From NCBI GenBank assembly GCA_040900055.1, contig JBBDZU010000006.1, positions 19 to 64,018 of the forward strand: DNA of 64,000 bases. Direction: 5' to 3'. The notes under the pieces were generated by a model that saw only the letters and a program-made list of their open reading frames with translations, made no database searches and was not told the origin of the DNA. How positions within the stretch are numbered: position 1 is the first letter of the stretch; every line of letters starts with the position of its first letter. The translations under genes were made by a program, and so were the position numbers. Of the stretch, positions 10,929-18,903 are shown piece after piece. This DNA comes from Candidatus Saccharimonadales bacterium. GTDB taxonomy: Bacteria; Patescibacteriota; Saccharimonadia; Saccharimonadales; UBA10212.

Positions 10929-11116
10929 AAAGAGGTAAAAAAGAACCGAAGCTGCTCACGCTCAAGCAGGCGTGCGAGCTGCTTAATTGCCATCCGAACA
11001 CTCTTAGGGCGTGGGACAGAAAAGGATATTTAGTAGCCGTACGTTTTGGCACTCGTCGTGATAGGCGGTATCGCAAAGAAGATGTAATGAAGTTATTAAA
11101 AAAGGAGCAAGGATGA
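10880..11116 (+). CDS. Excisionase/MerR-type HTH DNA-binding protein (likely start at ATG 10922)
   Basis: 'LLTLKQACELLNCHPNTLRAWDRKGYL' is a typical excisionase-family HTH. Divergent from the 10128..10928 gene. Start 10922 gives 'MPQRGKKEPK...'. Confidence 0.65.
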   Translation: MGSSHLYQLMYSYNMPQRGKKEPKLLTLKQACELLNCHPNTLRAWDRKGYLVAVRFGTRRDRRYRKEDVMKLLKKEQG

Positions 11117-11496
11117 AGACAATTTTAGTAGATGCAATAAACGGGTTGGTGCTAGAAGATGGCGGCATCCTTGAACCAATGCACAAATTGCTGGAAAGTT
11201 ACCCAAATAACAAGATAGTCCTAACGGGTGCTAATGATGAACAATTTAAGCACTTCAAGCTAGACCAGGTGCCTTATGAAGTATTTACCCTAAAACATAA
11301 TCCCGAAAAGACTGACCCTGAGTATTTCAAGATACTTCTTGAAAAATACAACCTTACAGCCAACGACGTAATTTACTTTGAGCACAACACAGAGGCAGCT
11401 AAAACCGCCCAATCTGTCGGCATTACTACGTATTTCTATGACCATACAAAAGAAGATATGGACGCACTAAAGCAATTCTTGGACGAAAATCTATAA
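11113..11496 (+). CDS. HAD-superfamily-like protein with degenerate catalytic motifs
   Basis: 127 aa. HAD-like layout ('ILVDAINGL' in place of DxDxT, 'VLTGAN', 'VIYFEHNTEAAKTAQSVGI' in place of GDxxxD). 4-nt overlap with the upstream ORF. Confidence 0.55.
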   Translation: MKTILVDAINGLVLEDGGILEPMHKLLESYPNNKIVLTGANDEQFKHFKLDQVPYEVFTLKHNPEKTDPEYFKILLEKYNLTANDVIYFEHNTEAAKTAQSVGITTYFYDHTKEDMDALKQFLDENL

Positions 11497-12038
11497 TGAC
11501 TGATGAGACTTTCGTATTAGCAATCACTGGCGCTAGTGGTTCAGGCAAAAGCACCGTAGCGGAGAAGTTGGCAAAGCAAATTGACCACTGTGTAAACATA
11601 GACGCAGACCACATTAAACATATGGTAGTCAGCGGTTTTTATAAAGACGAGAAAAATCCTGCTGGCTGGGGATTTAACCAATGGGGTTTGGTCGGCGATA
11701 GTATCGGACTTTTAGCAGATAATTTCCTCAAAGAGGGATATAAAGTTATTATCAATGGCTATCTTGACAAGCCAGCTTGGACTAACTTGCAGAAGCACTT
11801 AGCGATTACACACAGGGTATTACTGCTACCTAAGCTAGAAACCGTTACGCAAAGAGATGCAGGGCGTAGAGAAGATGCCAGAATGGGCGGCGAGGCAGTC
11901 GGTGAGCATCATTCTCACTTTTCTAACGACAACTTCTTTCAGGATTTTATAAAGTTAGATACTACTGACCACACGTTAGATGAAACTGTTAGCAAGATTT
12001 TGGAAATTGTGACTAAACCAAACAAGGGAAAGCAGTGA
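11496..12038 (+). CDS. P-loop kinase (AAA_33 / polynucleotide-kinase / zeta-like family)
   Basis: 180 aa. Walker A 'GASGSGKST' at the extreme N-terminus, followed by 'NIDADHIK'. Start overlaps the previous stop by 1 nt. Confidence 0.65.
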   Translation: MTDETFVLAITGASGSGKSTVAEKLAKQIDHCVNIDADHIKHMVVSGFYKDEKNPAGWGFNQWGLVGDSIGLLADNFLKEGYKVIINGYLDKPAWTNLQKHLAITHRVLLLPKLETVTQRDAGRREDARMGGEAVGEHHSHFSNDNFFQDFIKLDTTDHTLDETVSKILEIVTKPNKGKQ

Positions 12039-12316
12039 GCAGAACGATTGAAAAGAAAATCCTGCCTGAATACTTTGATAGGATTGCTGCTGGCGAGAAG
12101 ACGTATGAGCTTCGCTTAGCAGACTGGGAGTGCAGTAAGGGCGACACACTTGTATTGGTTGAGGTTGACCCTAAGTCCAAAAAGCCGACGGGTCGCACTA
12201 TGCAGCGTAGGGTAGGTTACGTTGGCAAAACAAAGGGTCTAGACTTTTGGACTGATAAAGAAATCGCCAAACACGGCTACCAAATTATATCTTTGCTAGA
12301 CGACACACCAGAGTAG
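12035..12316 (+). CDS. ASCH / DUF3850 (PUA-like fold) domain protein
   Basis: 93 aa. 'KKILPEYFDRIAAGEKTYELRLADWECSKGDTLVL' matches the DUF3850/ASCH N-terminal signature. 4-nt overlap with the kinase gene. Confidence 0.6.
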   Translation: MSRTIEKKILPEYFDRIAAGEKTYELRLADWECSKGDTLVLVEVDPKSKKPTGRTMQRRVGYVGKTKGLDFWTDKEIAKHGYQIISLLDDTPE

Positions 12317-12321
12317 CAAGA

Positions 12322-12555
12322 CTAAATACCATCAAAAAAGTCTGATAATCTGACCTGCAAACTCTTTGAAAGTATCAATAAGGTACTGAGTTGCGGTGCT
12401 CGTCTGCCCTGCTCAATATAACCGATTGAAACTCTATCAAGCCCAGAAACTGCTGCAAGGCTTTCTTGGGTATGACCTTTCCGTTTGCGTATATCCTGCA
12501 CACGTTTGCCGAGTTTAAGCTGCAAAATGTGTAGTTCTCTTGAATTACGTTTCAT
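12322..12555 (-). CDS. XRE-family HTH regulator, candidate R-M controller (C) protein
   Basis: 77 aa. 'GHTQESLAAVSGLDRVSIGYIEQGRRAPQLSTLLILSKSL' is a classic XRE HTH. Divergently transcribed from mod across an operator-rich 130-bp region. Confidence 0.75.
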   Translation of the reverse strand: MKRNSRELHILQLKLGKRVQDIRKRKGHTQESLAAVSGLDRVSIGYIEQGRRAPQLSTLLILSKSLQVRLSDFFDGI

Positions 12556-12558
12556 CTA

Positions 12559-12667
12559 CTGTTCAAACTACGTGTGCGTGAACAGTTAGACCACTAACAC
12601 TGTGTTAGCAGTAACAGATGAAGTATGTTATTTTTGATAACAGAGCAAATGCTAACGCAATGTTAGC
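12559..12667. promoter_or_regulatory. Divergent promoter/operator region with three palindromes
   Basis: CTGTTCA-N13-TGAACAG (12559-12585), CTAACAC-T-GTGTTAG (12594-12608) and GCTAAC-N5-GTTAGC (12651-12667). The last two share a GTTAG/CTAAC half-site. Confidence 0.5.
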
Positions 12668-12685
12668 GAATGGATATGAAAAGAA

Positions 12686-14446
12686 GTGATGACAAAAGCG
12701 TTAGAAGACTATACCAAAGAAGAACTTATAGAAGTTATCAAGGGTCTAAAACGCCGCAAAAAGTTCGGGCTGGTATGGGAAGATAAGCCAGAGGAAGTTG
12801 TCAGGCTGTGCGATGCAAACCTACCAGTTGTTGAACAAGTGCCGAAGCTGGCAATCCTAAAACTCAAAGATACTTCTAATAACATAATCATTGAGGGCGA
12901 TAACTACCACTCGTTATCAGCATTAAACTACACGCACGCTGGAAGGGTTGATGTTATCTACATAGACCCGCCTTACAATACGGGCAACAAAGATTTTATA
13001 TACAACGACCACTACGTTGATAACGAGGATACGTTCAGGCACAGCAAATGGTTGAGCTTTATGAGCGAACGGCTACGGCTGGCTAAAGAGCTGCTTGCGA
13101 GCAACGGTGTTATCTTTATTTCAATTGATGACAATGAGCACTCCTACCTACGGGTTTTGTGTAATCAGATTTTTGGCGAAGAAAACTTTTTGACCAATCT
13201 CAACATCCAAGTTCGCTATGCGGGTAAAAGTCTAAACGAGGAAAAGCCGTTTAAACCGCTATTGGAATACGTGCTTGTTTATGCAAAAAATGCTCGGTTG
13301 TTTCAGCCTAATCGCCCACAAGAACAGTACACGTCCGATAAGTTCATTTACGAAGTAGAGGAGCTTCATAAAGGTGCTGACATAGAAATCAACGGGCATA
13401 AGGTTACTGTATTCAAAAAGGGTCAGTGGAAGCTCATAAAACATAAAGAGGGGGCGAATAACCTTTTGAAAGAAACGTGGGTGTCGGGCAGCATCTACAC
13501 CACTATGAGCTACGGCAAGGTATTTCAAGCTGTTGTTGAGCCAAGAGTGGCAGAAGATGGGCTTGGCAGCCTCTATAAGGTACACGGACGGGGCGACGAT
13601 GGTTTGGGCTATCGTTATTACACCGCTCCTCAAAGAGCCAATGCCACAAGAGGCAAAATGTACTCTGGCGTGCCGCTGTCTAGGATTGAAGAAATGAACA
13701 CAGATGAGGGTGCTGTGCGTTTTGCACCAATTCCGAACTTCTATGATTTTAGTGCCGACTTTGGCAACATCAGGCACGAAGGCGGCATAGGGTTTAATAG
13801 CGGCAAAAAGCCAGTAAAAATGCTAAAACAGCTCATCAACTATCACAAAGGCAAAGACATAACTGTATTGGACTTTTTTGCAGGTTCAGGCTCAACAGGA
13901 CACGCCGTAATTGAAGCCAATAAGGACGATAGCGGTAATCGGCGTTTCATACTTTGTACAAACAACGAGAACAAGATTGCAGAGCAAGCTACTTACCCAC
14001 GCATTAGCAATGTGATAAACGGATATGCGGGATATAAAGGTATCCCTGCCAACGTAAGGTATTTCAGGACAAGCCTGCTTCCGAAAAAACAAACTGACGA
14101 CCAAACACGTATTGAGCTAGTTGCACGCAGCACCGATATGATATGCCTGCGTGAAGATACCTTTGAAAAGGCTATTGAAACCAAGAGGTTCAAAGTCTTT
14201 GGTAATAACGACCACTACACTGCAATCGTGTTTGAGCCAGAAGTGATTGTGCTTCTCAAAGATGCTCTGGCAAAACTCAAAGATGATAAACCCGTTCACA
14301 TTTACGTTTTTAGCCTAAGTAATGACACCTATGAAAGTGATTTTGCTGACCTTGAGCGTGCTCACGAACTAAGACCAATACCCGAAAGCATACTTGAGGT
14401 TTACCGACGTATACACAAAGAGCAGAACGTGAAGCTGGGAGCGTAA
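12686..14446 (+). CDS. mod: Type III restriction-modification methyltransferase (Mod), N6-A/N4-C beta class
   Basis: 586 aa. Motif IV 'DVIYIDPPYNTGN' precedes motif I 'VLDFFAGSGSTGHA'. Immediately followed by res. The ATG at 12689 is the likelier start. Confidence 0.85.
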   Translation: MMTKALEDYTKEELIEVIKGLKRRKKFGLVWEDKPEEVVRLCDANLPVVEQVPKLAILKLKDTSNNIIIEGDNYHSLSALNYTHAGRVDVIYIDPPYNTGNKDFIYNDHYVDNEDTFRHSKWLSFMSERLRLAKELLASNGVIFISIDDNEHSYLRVLCNQIFGEENFLTNLNIQVRYAGKSLNEEKPFKPLLEYVLVYAKNARLFQPNRPQEQYTSDKFIYEVEELHKGADIEINGHKVTVFKKGQWKLIKHKEGANNLLKETWVSGSIYTTMSYGKVFQAVVEPRVAEDGLGSLYKVHGRGDDGLGYRYYTAPQRANATRGKMYSGVPLSRIEEMNTDEGAVRFAPIPNFYDFSADFGNIRHEGGIGFNSGKKPVKMLKQLINYHKGKDITVLDFFAGSGSTGHAVIEANKDDSGNRRFILCTNNENKIAEQATYPRISNVINGYAGYKGIPANVRYFRTSLLPKKQTDDQTRIELVARSTDMICLREDTFEKAIETKRFKVFGNNDHYTAIVFEPEVIVLLKDALAKLKDDKPVHIYVFSLSNDTYESDFADLERAHELRPIPESILEVYRRIHKEQNVKLGA

Positions 14447-14447
14447 A

Positions 14448-16757
14448 GTGATTGAGCTAAAAGAGTATCAGCAGAATGCAGTCAACGAGCTTGTTAAACA
14501 GACAAGAGGCTTACTGAGCAGTTCAGGGAATAAGGTGTGCGTTTTCAAAGCACCGACTGGTTCAGGCAAGACGATTATGATGGCAGAACTGTTGCAGCGA
14601 CTTAGTGATGAAGACTTACCGAACGAGTATGTTTTTGTATGGACAAGTCTTTACGACCTACACTCGCAAAGTAAGGCAAAGCTCGCAACATACTTACTAG
14701 ATACCCGCTATAAGCTACTCAGTTTAGATGAAATAACTCAAGAACAGATGACTGCCAACAGCGTCTTGTTCGTAAACTGGCATAGCCTAACAACTACTAA
14801 ACAAAATGGCGACGGCAACGGGCGTGAATGGTCTAACGCATACGTCAAAAACCGTGAAGACGGCAGGAGTATTGTTGAGGTGCTTGATAAAACCCGTGAA
14901 GCTGGACGACAGATTATCCTGATTGTTGATGAAGCCCATCGCAACTACCTGACTGAAAACTCTCAACGTTTTGTAAACGAAGTTATAAAGCCGAAACTGA
15001 CCATTGAAGTATCTGCTACGCCACTGCTCAATGTAAGTGCCGAAGATATGATGAGCAAGAAAGCCGGCTATGTAAGTGTGCCTTTTGATGAAGTAGTAAG
15101 TTCGGGTTTGATAAAGCAAGAAACAGGCATCAATCAGGCAATAAGTAAATATGTTGATATTGCCAACTCTGCCGATGAGCTAGTTATAGAGGCGGCACTC
15201 GCCAAACGAACAGAGCTTGCTGAGCTGTACAAGCAAAACGATATACCTGTAAATCCGCTCGTTCTGGTACAGTTGCCAAGCGACAGTGAAAAAACATCAG
15301 CTCTTGATAAAAGCGTTCGTGAAGAAGTTGAGCAGCAGCTTGCTAAACACGGTATAACTTACGAAAATGGCAAGCTGGCAGTGTGGTTGTCCGAAGATAA
15401 AAAGAACCTTGAGTTGATTGAGAAAAACAGCTCAGAAGCTGAGGTTTTGATATTCAAAGAGGCGGTTGCTGTTGGCTGGGATTGCCCAAGAGCACAAATA
15501 CTCGTAATGCTCAGAGCTATCCGCTCACTGACCTTTGAGATACAGACTGTTGGACGCATTTTGCGTATGCCCGAAGCAAAACACTACGACGTACCTGAGC
15601 TAAACAAAGCGTTCGTCTATACCAACATTGCTGGCATAAACATTAACAATAAACCCGAAGACTTAGACTTTTTCAAAAATAAGTTCGCTCACAAAATGGC
15701 TGGCATAAAAGAAGTGCAGCTGCCGAGTGTTTATTTGCACCGTCAAGACTACGGCGACCTAACAGCCAGTTTCAACAACATCCTTGTAAAGTGCCTGAAT
15801 GAGCGGTTTGGCATAGCAGAGACTGATATGGTAAACGCCGCTTATAAAAAAACCGATAGAGAACTTGAACTATACGATGATGAGCTAAAAACCCCTCTTA
15901 TTGCCGACGTTTTGGTGCATAACCTAGACACCGTTCAGGATGAAATAGGAACGTTGAACCTTGAAAAAATCCAAGCTGATGTAAGCGATGCGAATATTCA
16001 AAAAGAGTTTGATTATCTGCTCAAGGCGTGGTGCTTGCCGTATGCCCCTGCTCGTTCGTATTCAAAAGTAAAGACGGCTATCTACAAGTGGTTTGGCTAT
16101 ATCGGCTACGACCAAAGCAGGTGGCACGAAGTGCAGCGTATCATTGCTTGTTCTGGCAAAAACCAGATTGTGTTTGACGAGGTAATAAAGACGGCGAAGC
16201 TAAAGTATGAGAAAATCAAGCCCGCCGAAATAGCCAGCAAAAAGACCACTACTTACAGCAACTTTAGCTTGCCTGAAACAGATATGTTCGGCGACAACTA
16301 TGAACTTGTTACTGCCAATAGATACCCTTACGAACAATGTTATCTACGTAAAGACCGTTCAGAGCCTGAACGATACCTTGAAAGAATGCTTGAGAACGGC
16401 GATAAAGTTGAATGGTGGTATAAGAACGGCGAAGCACAACAGCAATACTTCGCATTAAGCTATCAGACTGTTGACGAAGAAACCAAACTCACAAAGCTCG
16501 CTAACTTCTATCCTGACTACATCGTTCGCTACATAGATGGTGGTATTGGCATTTACGATACGAAAGCTGGTCGCACGGTTACTGAGCAGCCAACCCACGA
16601 TAAGTCAGATGCCCTACAAGCCTATATGGCGGAGCAGAACAAAAACGGTGCAAAGCTGATGGGCGGCATACTCAACAAGCGTGGCGACGGTATTTACGCC
16701 TTTACTGGCAAAAACTACACACCTGAACTGGACAACTGGCAACGCTTTTCGGTATGA
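14448..16757 (+). CDS. res: Type III restriction enzyme Res subunit (SF2 helicase plus C-terminal nuclease)
   Basis: 769 aa. Walker A 'KAPTGSGKT', 'VDEAH' box, and a PD-(D/E)xK-like C-terminus ('YPDYIV...IYDTKAG'). 1-nt gap after mod. Confidence 0.85.
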   Translation: MIELKEYQQNAVNELVKQTRGLLSSSGNKVCVFKAPTGSGKTIMMAELLQRLSDEDLPNEYVFVWTSLYDLHSQSKAKLATYLLDTRYKLLSLDEITQEQMTANSVLFVNWHSLTTTKQNGDGNGREWSNAYVKNREDGRSIVEVLDKTREAGRQIILIVDEAHRNYLTENSQRFVNEVIKPKLTIEVSATPLLNVSAEDMMSKKAGYVSVPFDEVVSSGLIKQETGINQAISKYVDIANSADELVIEAALAKRTELAELYKQNDIPVNPLVLVQLPSDSEKTSALDKSVREEVEQQLAKHGITYENGKLAVWLSEDKKNLELIEKNSSEAEVLIFKEAVAVGWDCPRAQILVMLRAIRSLTFEIQTVGRILRMPEAKHYDVPELNKAFVYTNIAGININNKPEDLDFFKNKFAHKMAGIKEVQLPSVYLHRQDYGDLTASFNNILVKCLNERFGIAETDMVNAAYKKTDRELELYDDELKTPLIADVLVHNLDTVQDEIGTLNLEKIQADVSDANIQKEFDYLLKAWCLPYAPARSYSKVKTAIYKWFGYIGYDQSRWHEVQRIIACSGKNQIVFDEVIKTAKLKYEKIKPAEIASKKTTTYSNFSLPETDMFGDNYELVTANRYPYEQCYLRKDRSEPERYLERMLENGDKVEWWYKNGEAQQQYFALSYQTVDEETKLTKLANFYPDYIVRYIDGGIGIYDTKAGRTVTEQPTHDKSDALQAYMAEQNKNGAKLMGGILNKRGDGIYAFTGKNYTPELDNWQRFSV

Positions 16758-16876
16758 AACCGATAATGTCGGTCAAGGAAGCTCGCAAGCTGCTTGGCAA
16801 AGAGGCAAAAAATATGACCGACCAGCAAGTTGCTGAGCTAGTGGAGCAGACGCACGAACTTGCAAAGATTGCCTAG
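16754..16876 (+). CDS. Possible 40-aa ORF translationally coupled to res
   Basis: ATGA start/stop overlap with res. Encodes 'MKPIMSVKEARKLLGKEAKNMTDQQVAELVEQTHELAKIA'. Below the ORF-track cutoff and has no known motif. Confidence 0.25.
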   Translation: MKPIMSVKEARKLLGKEAKNMTDQQVAELVEQTHELAKIA

Positions 16877-16956
16877 AGGTTGCTAGAAGAAAGAGGGGTA
16901 ATTGAAGTTACGTGTTAGAATTAAACCAGTGGAGTTAAGGGTGGGAGCTAAAGATT

Positions 16957-17433
16957 ATGAGCAATAAAACCGATAAAGCAATCATTGTCGCTCACTACTT
17001 TATGGCAAAAAGCAGAAAAAGTAAGAAGAGCGATTTTTCAAACAAAAAACTCCAAAAACTCCTGTACTATGCACAGGCTTGGAGTTTGGTTTTGCGTGAT
17101 AAAAAACTCCTGAACGATAGATTTGAGGCTTGGATACACGGAGCGGCAATTCCAGCAGTATATAGGCGATATAAGCCATATGGTTTTGACAACATTGAAG
17201 AAGACTTTGACGAAAGTGAGTTTTCTTCCCTGTCTGATGATGAAAAAGGGCTTCTTGACGAGGTATGGAATGTTTACGGTAAGTACGATGCTGATTACCT
17301 TGAGCTGCTAAATCATAGTGAAGAGCCTTGGCAGAAAGCAAGAGAAAACCTTTCGCCCTTTGAGCCTTCTGACGCAGAAATATCTGAAACCGAGATGAAG
17401 CGATTTTATGGGGCGAAGCTCAAAAAAGCGTAA
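16957..17433 (+). CDS. Panacea (DUF4065) domain protein, SocA/GepA/PanA-type antitoxin
   Basis: 158 aa. 'KLQKLLYYAQAWSLVL...FEAWIHGAAIPAVYRRYKPYG' is the hallmark DUF4065 core. Confidence 0.8.
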   Translation: MSNKTDKAIIVAHYFMAKSRKSKKSDFSNKKLQKLLYYAQAWSLVLRDKKLLNDRFEAWIHGAAIPAVYRRYKPYGFDNIEEDFDESEFSSLSDDEKGLLDEVWNVYGKYDADYLELLNHSEEPWQKARENLSPFEPSDAEISETEMKRFYGAKLKKA

Positions 17434-17902
17434 GGCTGAAAGAAAAGCACAACACAAACTAAATAAACAGGTCGCCGAGCTACACGATACTGGGCAAATA
17501 CCCTTATCGGTAGCTGCTGAACCATCTTTACCAGACACACTTTCTTATTTGGATGGCAACAACTATCAATTGATATTTGAGCGTTATAATCACAAAGAGT
17601 GCGAACTACCCAGCCTAGATGATAAGGGTATAAAGGCTCTTATAAGAAAGTTCAATGAAGTAACTAGAGTAAACAACCGCTCCATTGCTGGAACGAGCTT
17701 GTTGCGACATAAAATAAAAAACGAAGGTGATTATGCGTCTTTGTTTAAGGGACTAGAAGACGATATTGAATTGTATGAAGTTCAATATGCTGGCGAAGGT
17801 AGGATTATGTGTTACTTCATCAACCAATACCCTCACGGCAATGAAACAACATCAAACTACTGTTGCGTGATAGCGGTATTAAAAAAGCACCGACGTACTT
17901 AG
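17408..17902 (+). CDS. Uncharacterised partner of the Panacea protein, candidate toxin with a RelE/ParE-like C-terminus
   Basis: 164 aa, overlapping the upstream gene by 26 nt. The C-terminal 'LYEVQYAGEGRIMCYFI....CCVIAVLKKHRR' resembles the RelE/HigB strand pattern, by eye only. Confidence 0.4.
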   Translation: MGRSSKKRKAERKAQHKLNKQVAELHDTGQIPLSVAAEPSLPDTLSYLDGNNYQLIFERYNHKECELPSLDDKGIKALIRKFNEVTRVNNRSIAGTSLLRHKIKNEGDYASLFKGLEDDIELYEVQYAGEGRIMCYFINQYPHGNETTSNYCCVIAVLKKHRRT

Positions 17903-17974
17903 AGAAGTAGCTCGCTTGACAATCCAAATACTTCAACCAGATGTTTTAGTTTATAATCATCAACAGCAGAGATA

Positions 17975-18009
17975 GCCGATGTTTGAAATGCGTCAACTAT
18001 CCTGCACCA
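17975..18009 (+). other. Degenerate tRNA-3'-half-like sequence (candidate attR)
   Basis: T-arm-like GATGT-TTGAAAT-GCGTC followed by ...CCTGCACCA. It shares GCACCA and AT-rich downstream context with the tRNA-Gly end (CCCGCACCAAATATTAGAATTT vs CCTGCACCATCATAAAATTT). Confidence 0.3.
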
Positions 18010-18029
18010 TCATAAAATTTAGGAGAAAT

Positions 18030-18599
18030 ATGTCTAATAGATTTTTTATAATTATTATTTTGGCCTTACTTGTAGGTTTGGGCGGCTACATATTTAGTCA
18101 AAACTCAAAGCCCAAAGAAGCCATTATAGGCACTCAACACGCCGAGCAAAGTAGAGACCACATCGCAACGGGTCAGACCCATGAACCGTTCAATTCGGAT
18201 CCTCCTAGCTCTGGTCCCCATTACGCCGGCAGTAGCGCACCAGCGCCCTGGGGCGTCTATGTCCAGGAGGTCCCCGAAGAAGTGTTTGTGCATAACCAAG
18301 AACACGGCGGCGTCATTATTACTTATAAGCCCGATTTACCCAAAGACCAAGTAGAGAAACTCCAAAAACTGTTTGCACCGCCCTACAGTAACAAGTCCTT
18401 TAAACCAACCAGGGCCATTGTTACTCCTCGCCCAAAGAACACCAAAGCTATTCAGCTTGCTGCCTGGACATGGACGCTTAGCTTAGACCAATATGACGAA
18501 GACAAAATAATGAAATTCTACCTACAACGCGTTGGCAAAGGTCCAGAAAAAGGGGCAGGACCATTTAATGCGCCAATCAACCAAGCAGCTGACCAGTAA
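18030..18599 (+). CDS. DUF3105 domain membrane-anchored protein
   Basis: Track ORF is 17979..18599. The ATG at 18030 preceded by AGGAG gives 'MSNRFFIIIILALLVGLGG' (an N-terminal TM). 'DPPSSGPHY' and 'HGGVII' motifs are typical of DUF3105. Confidence 0.65.
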   Translation: MSNRFFIIIILALLVGLGGYIFSQNSKPKEAIIGTQHAEQSRDHIATGQTHEPFNSDPPSSGPHYAGSSAPAPWGVYVQEVPEEVFVHNQEHGGVIITYKPDLPKDQVEKLQKLFAPPYSNKSFKPTRAIVTPRPKNTKAIQLAAWTWTLSLDQYDEDKIMKFYLQRVGKGPEKGAGPFNAPINQAADQ

Positions 18600-18603
18600 A
18601 TAA

Positions 18604-18632
18604 AAATCTCCACTTTTGAAGCGGAGATTTTT
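18604..18632 (+). terminator. Terminator after the DUF3105 gene
   Basis: 8-bp stem AAATCTCC/GGAGATTT with an 11-nt loop, followed by a T-rich tail. Confidence 0.5.
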
Positions 18633-18653
18633 AATTAGAAAATTTTCTAAAGT

Positions 18654-18788
18654 TTAGCGGCGTCGTAGTTCAGAAACTTTGGCGTTGCCACTTACTAATG
18701 CGATGGCTACTCCAAGTAATACTAGCCCTGCGCCACACATAAGAACAAAAAGTCCCAGTGCGACTGGTGAGCTCCAAGTCCACTCCAT
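18654..18788 (-). CDS. Possible 44-aa single-TM peptide
   Basis: Encodes 'MEWTWSSPVALGLFVLMCGAGLVLLGVAIALVSGNAKVSELRRR', preceded by GAGAGGGAAACTAAATG (a good RBS). Below the ORF-track cutoff. Confidence 0.35.
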   Translation of the reverse strand: MEWTWSSPVALGLFVLMCGAGLVLLGVAIALVSGNAKVSELRRR

Positions 18789-18879
18789 TTAGTTTCCCTC
18801 TCTACCCACCGCTTACTTGTTACTCTCACACCATAGCTCTTCTTTGGCAATTTATCAACTCCTTTGCGACTTCTTATCT

Positions 18880-18887
18880 TGTATAAT
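18880..18887 (+). promoter_or_regulatory. Extended -10 promoter (TGTATAAT) for the tRNA-Cys/tRNA-Leu pair
   Basis: TG-T-ATAAT lies about 16 nt upstream of the tRNA-Cys 5' end. Confidence 0.45.
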
Positions 18888-18903
18888 TGTTACGGCCGTT
18901 TAC

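Larger units (their letters stand above)
6867..18009. mobile_element. Integrative element next to tRNA-Gly: serine recombinase, gpII-like Rep and defence/TA cargo (boundaries approximate)
   Basis: Recombinase gene abuts and overlaps the tRNA-Gly 3' end. Mobile-type gene content continues to 17902. A degenerate tRNA-3'-half-like sequence ending GCACCA sits at 17975-18009. Flanking genes are housekeeping or core-type. Confidence 0.55.

Noticed and set aside
17979-18029. The upstream start (17979) of the DUF3105 ORF
   Set aside because: The 17 extra residues overlap the tRNA-like candidate attR sequence. The ATG at 18030 has an AGGAG RBS and begins directly with the signal/TM segment.
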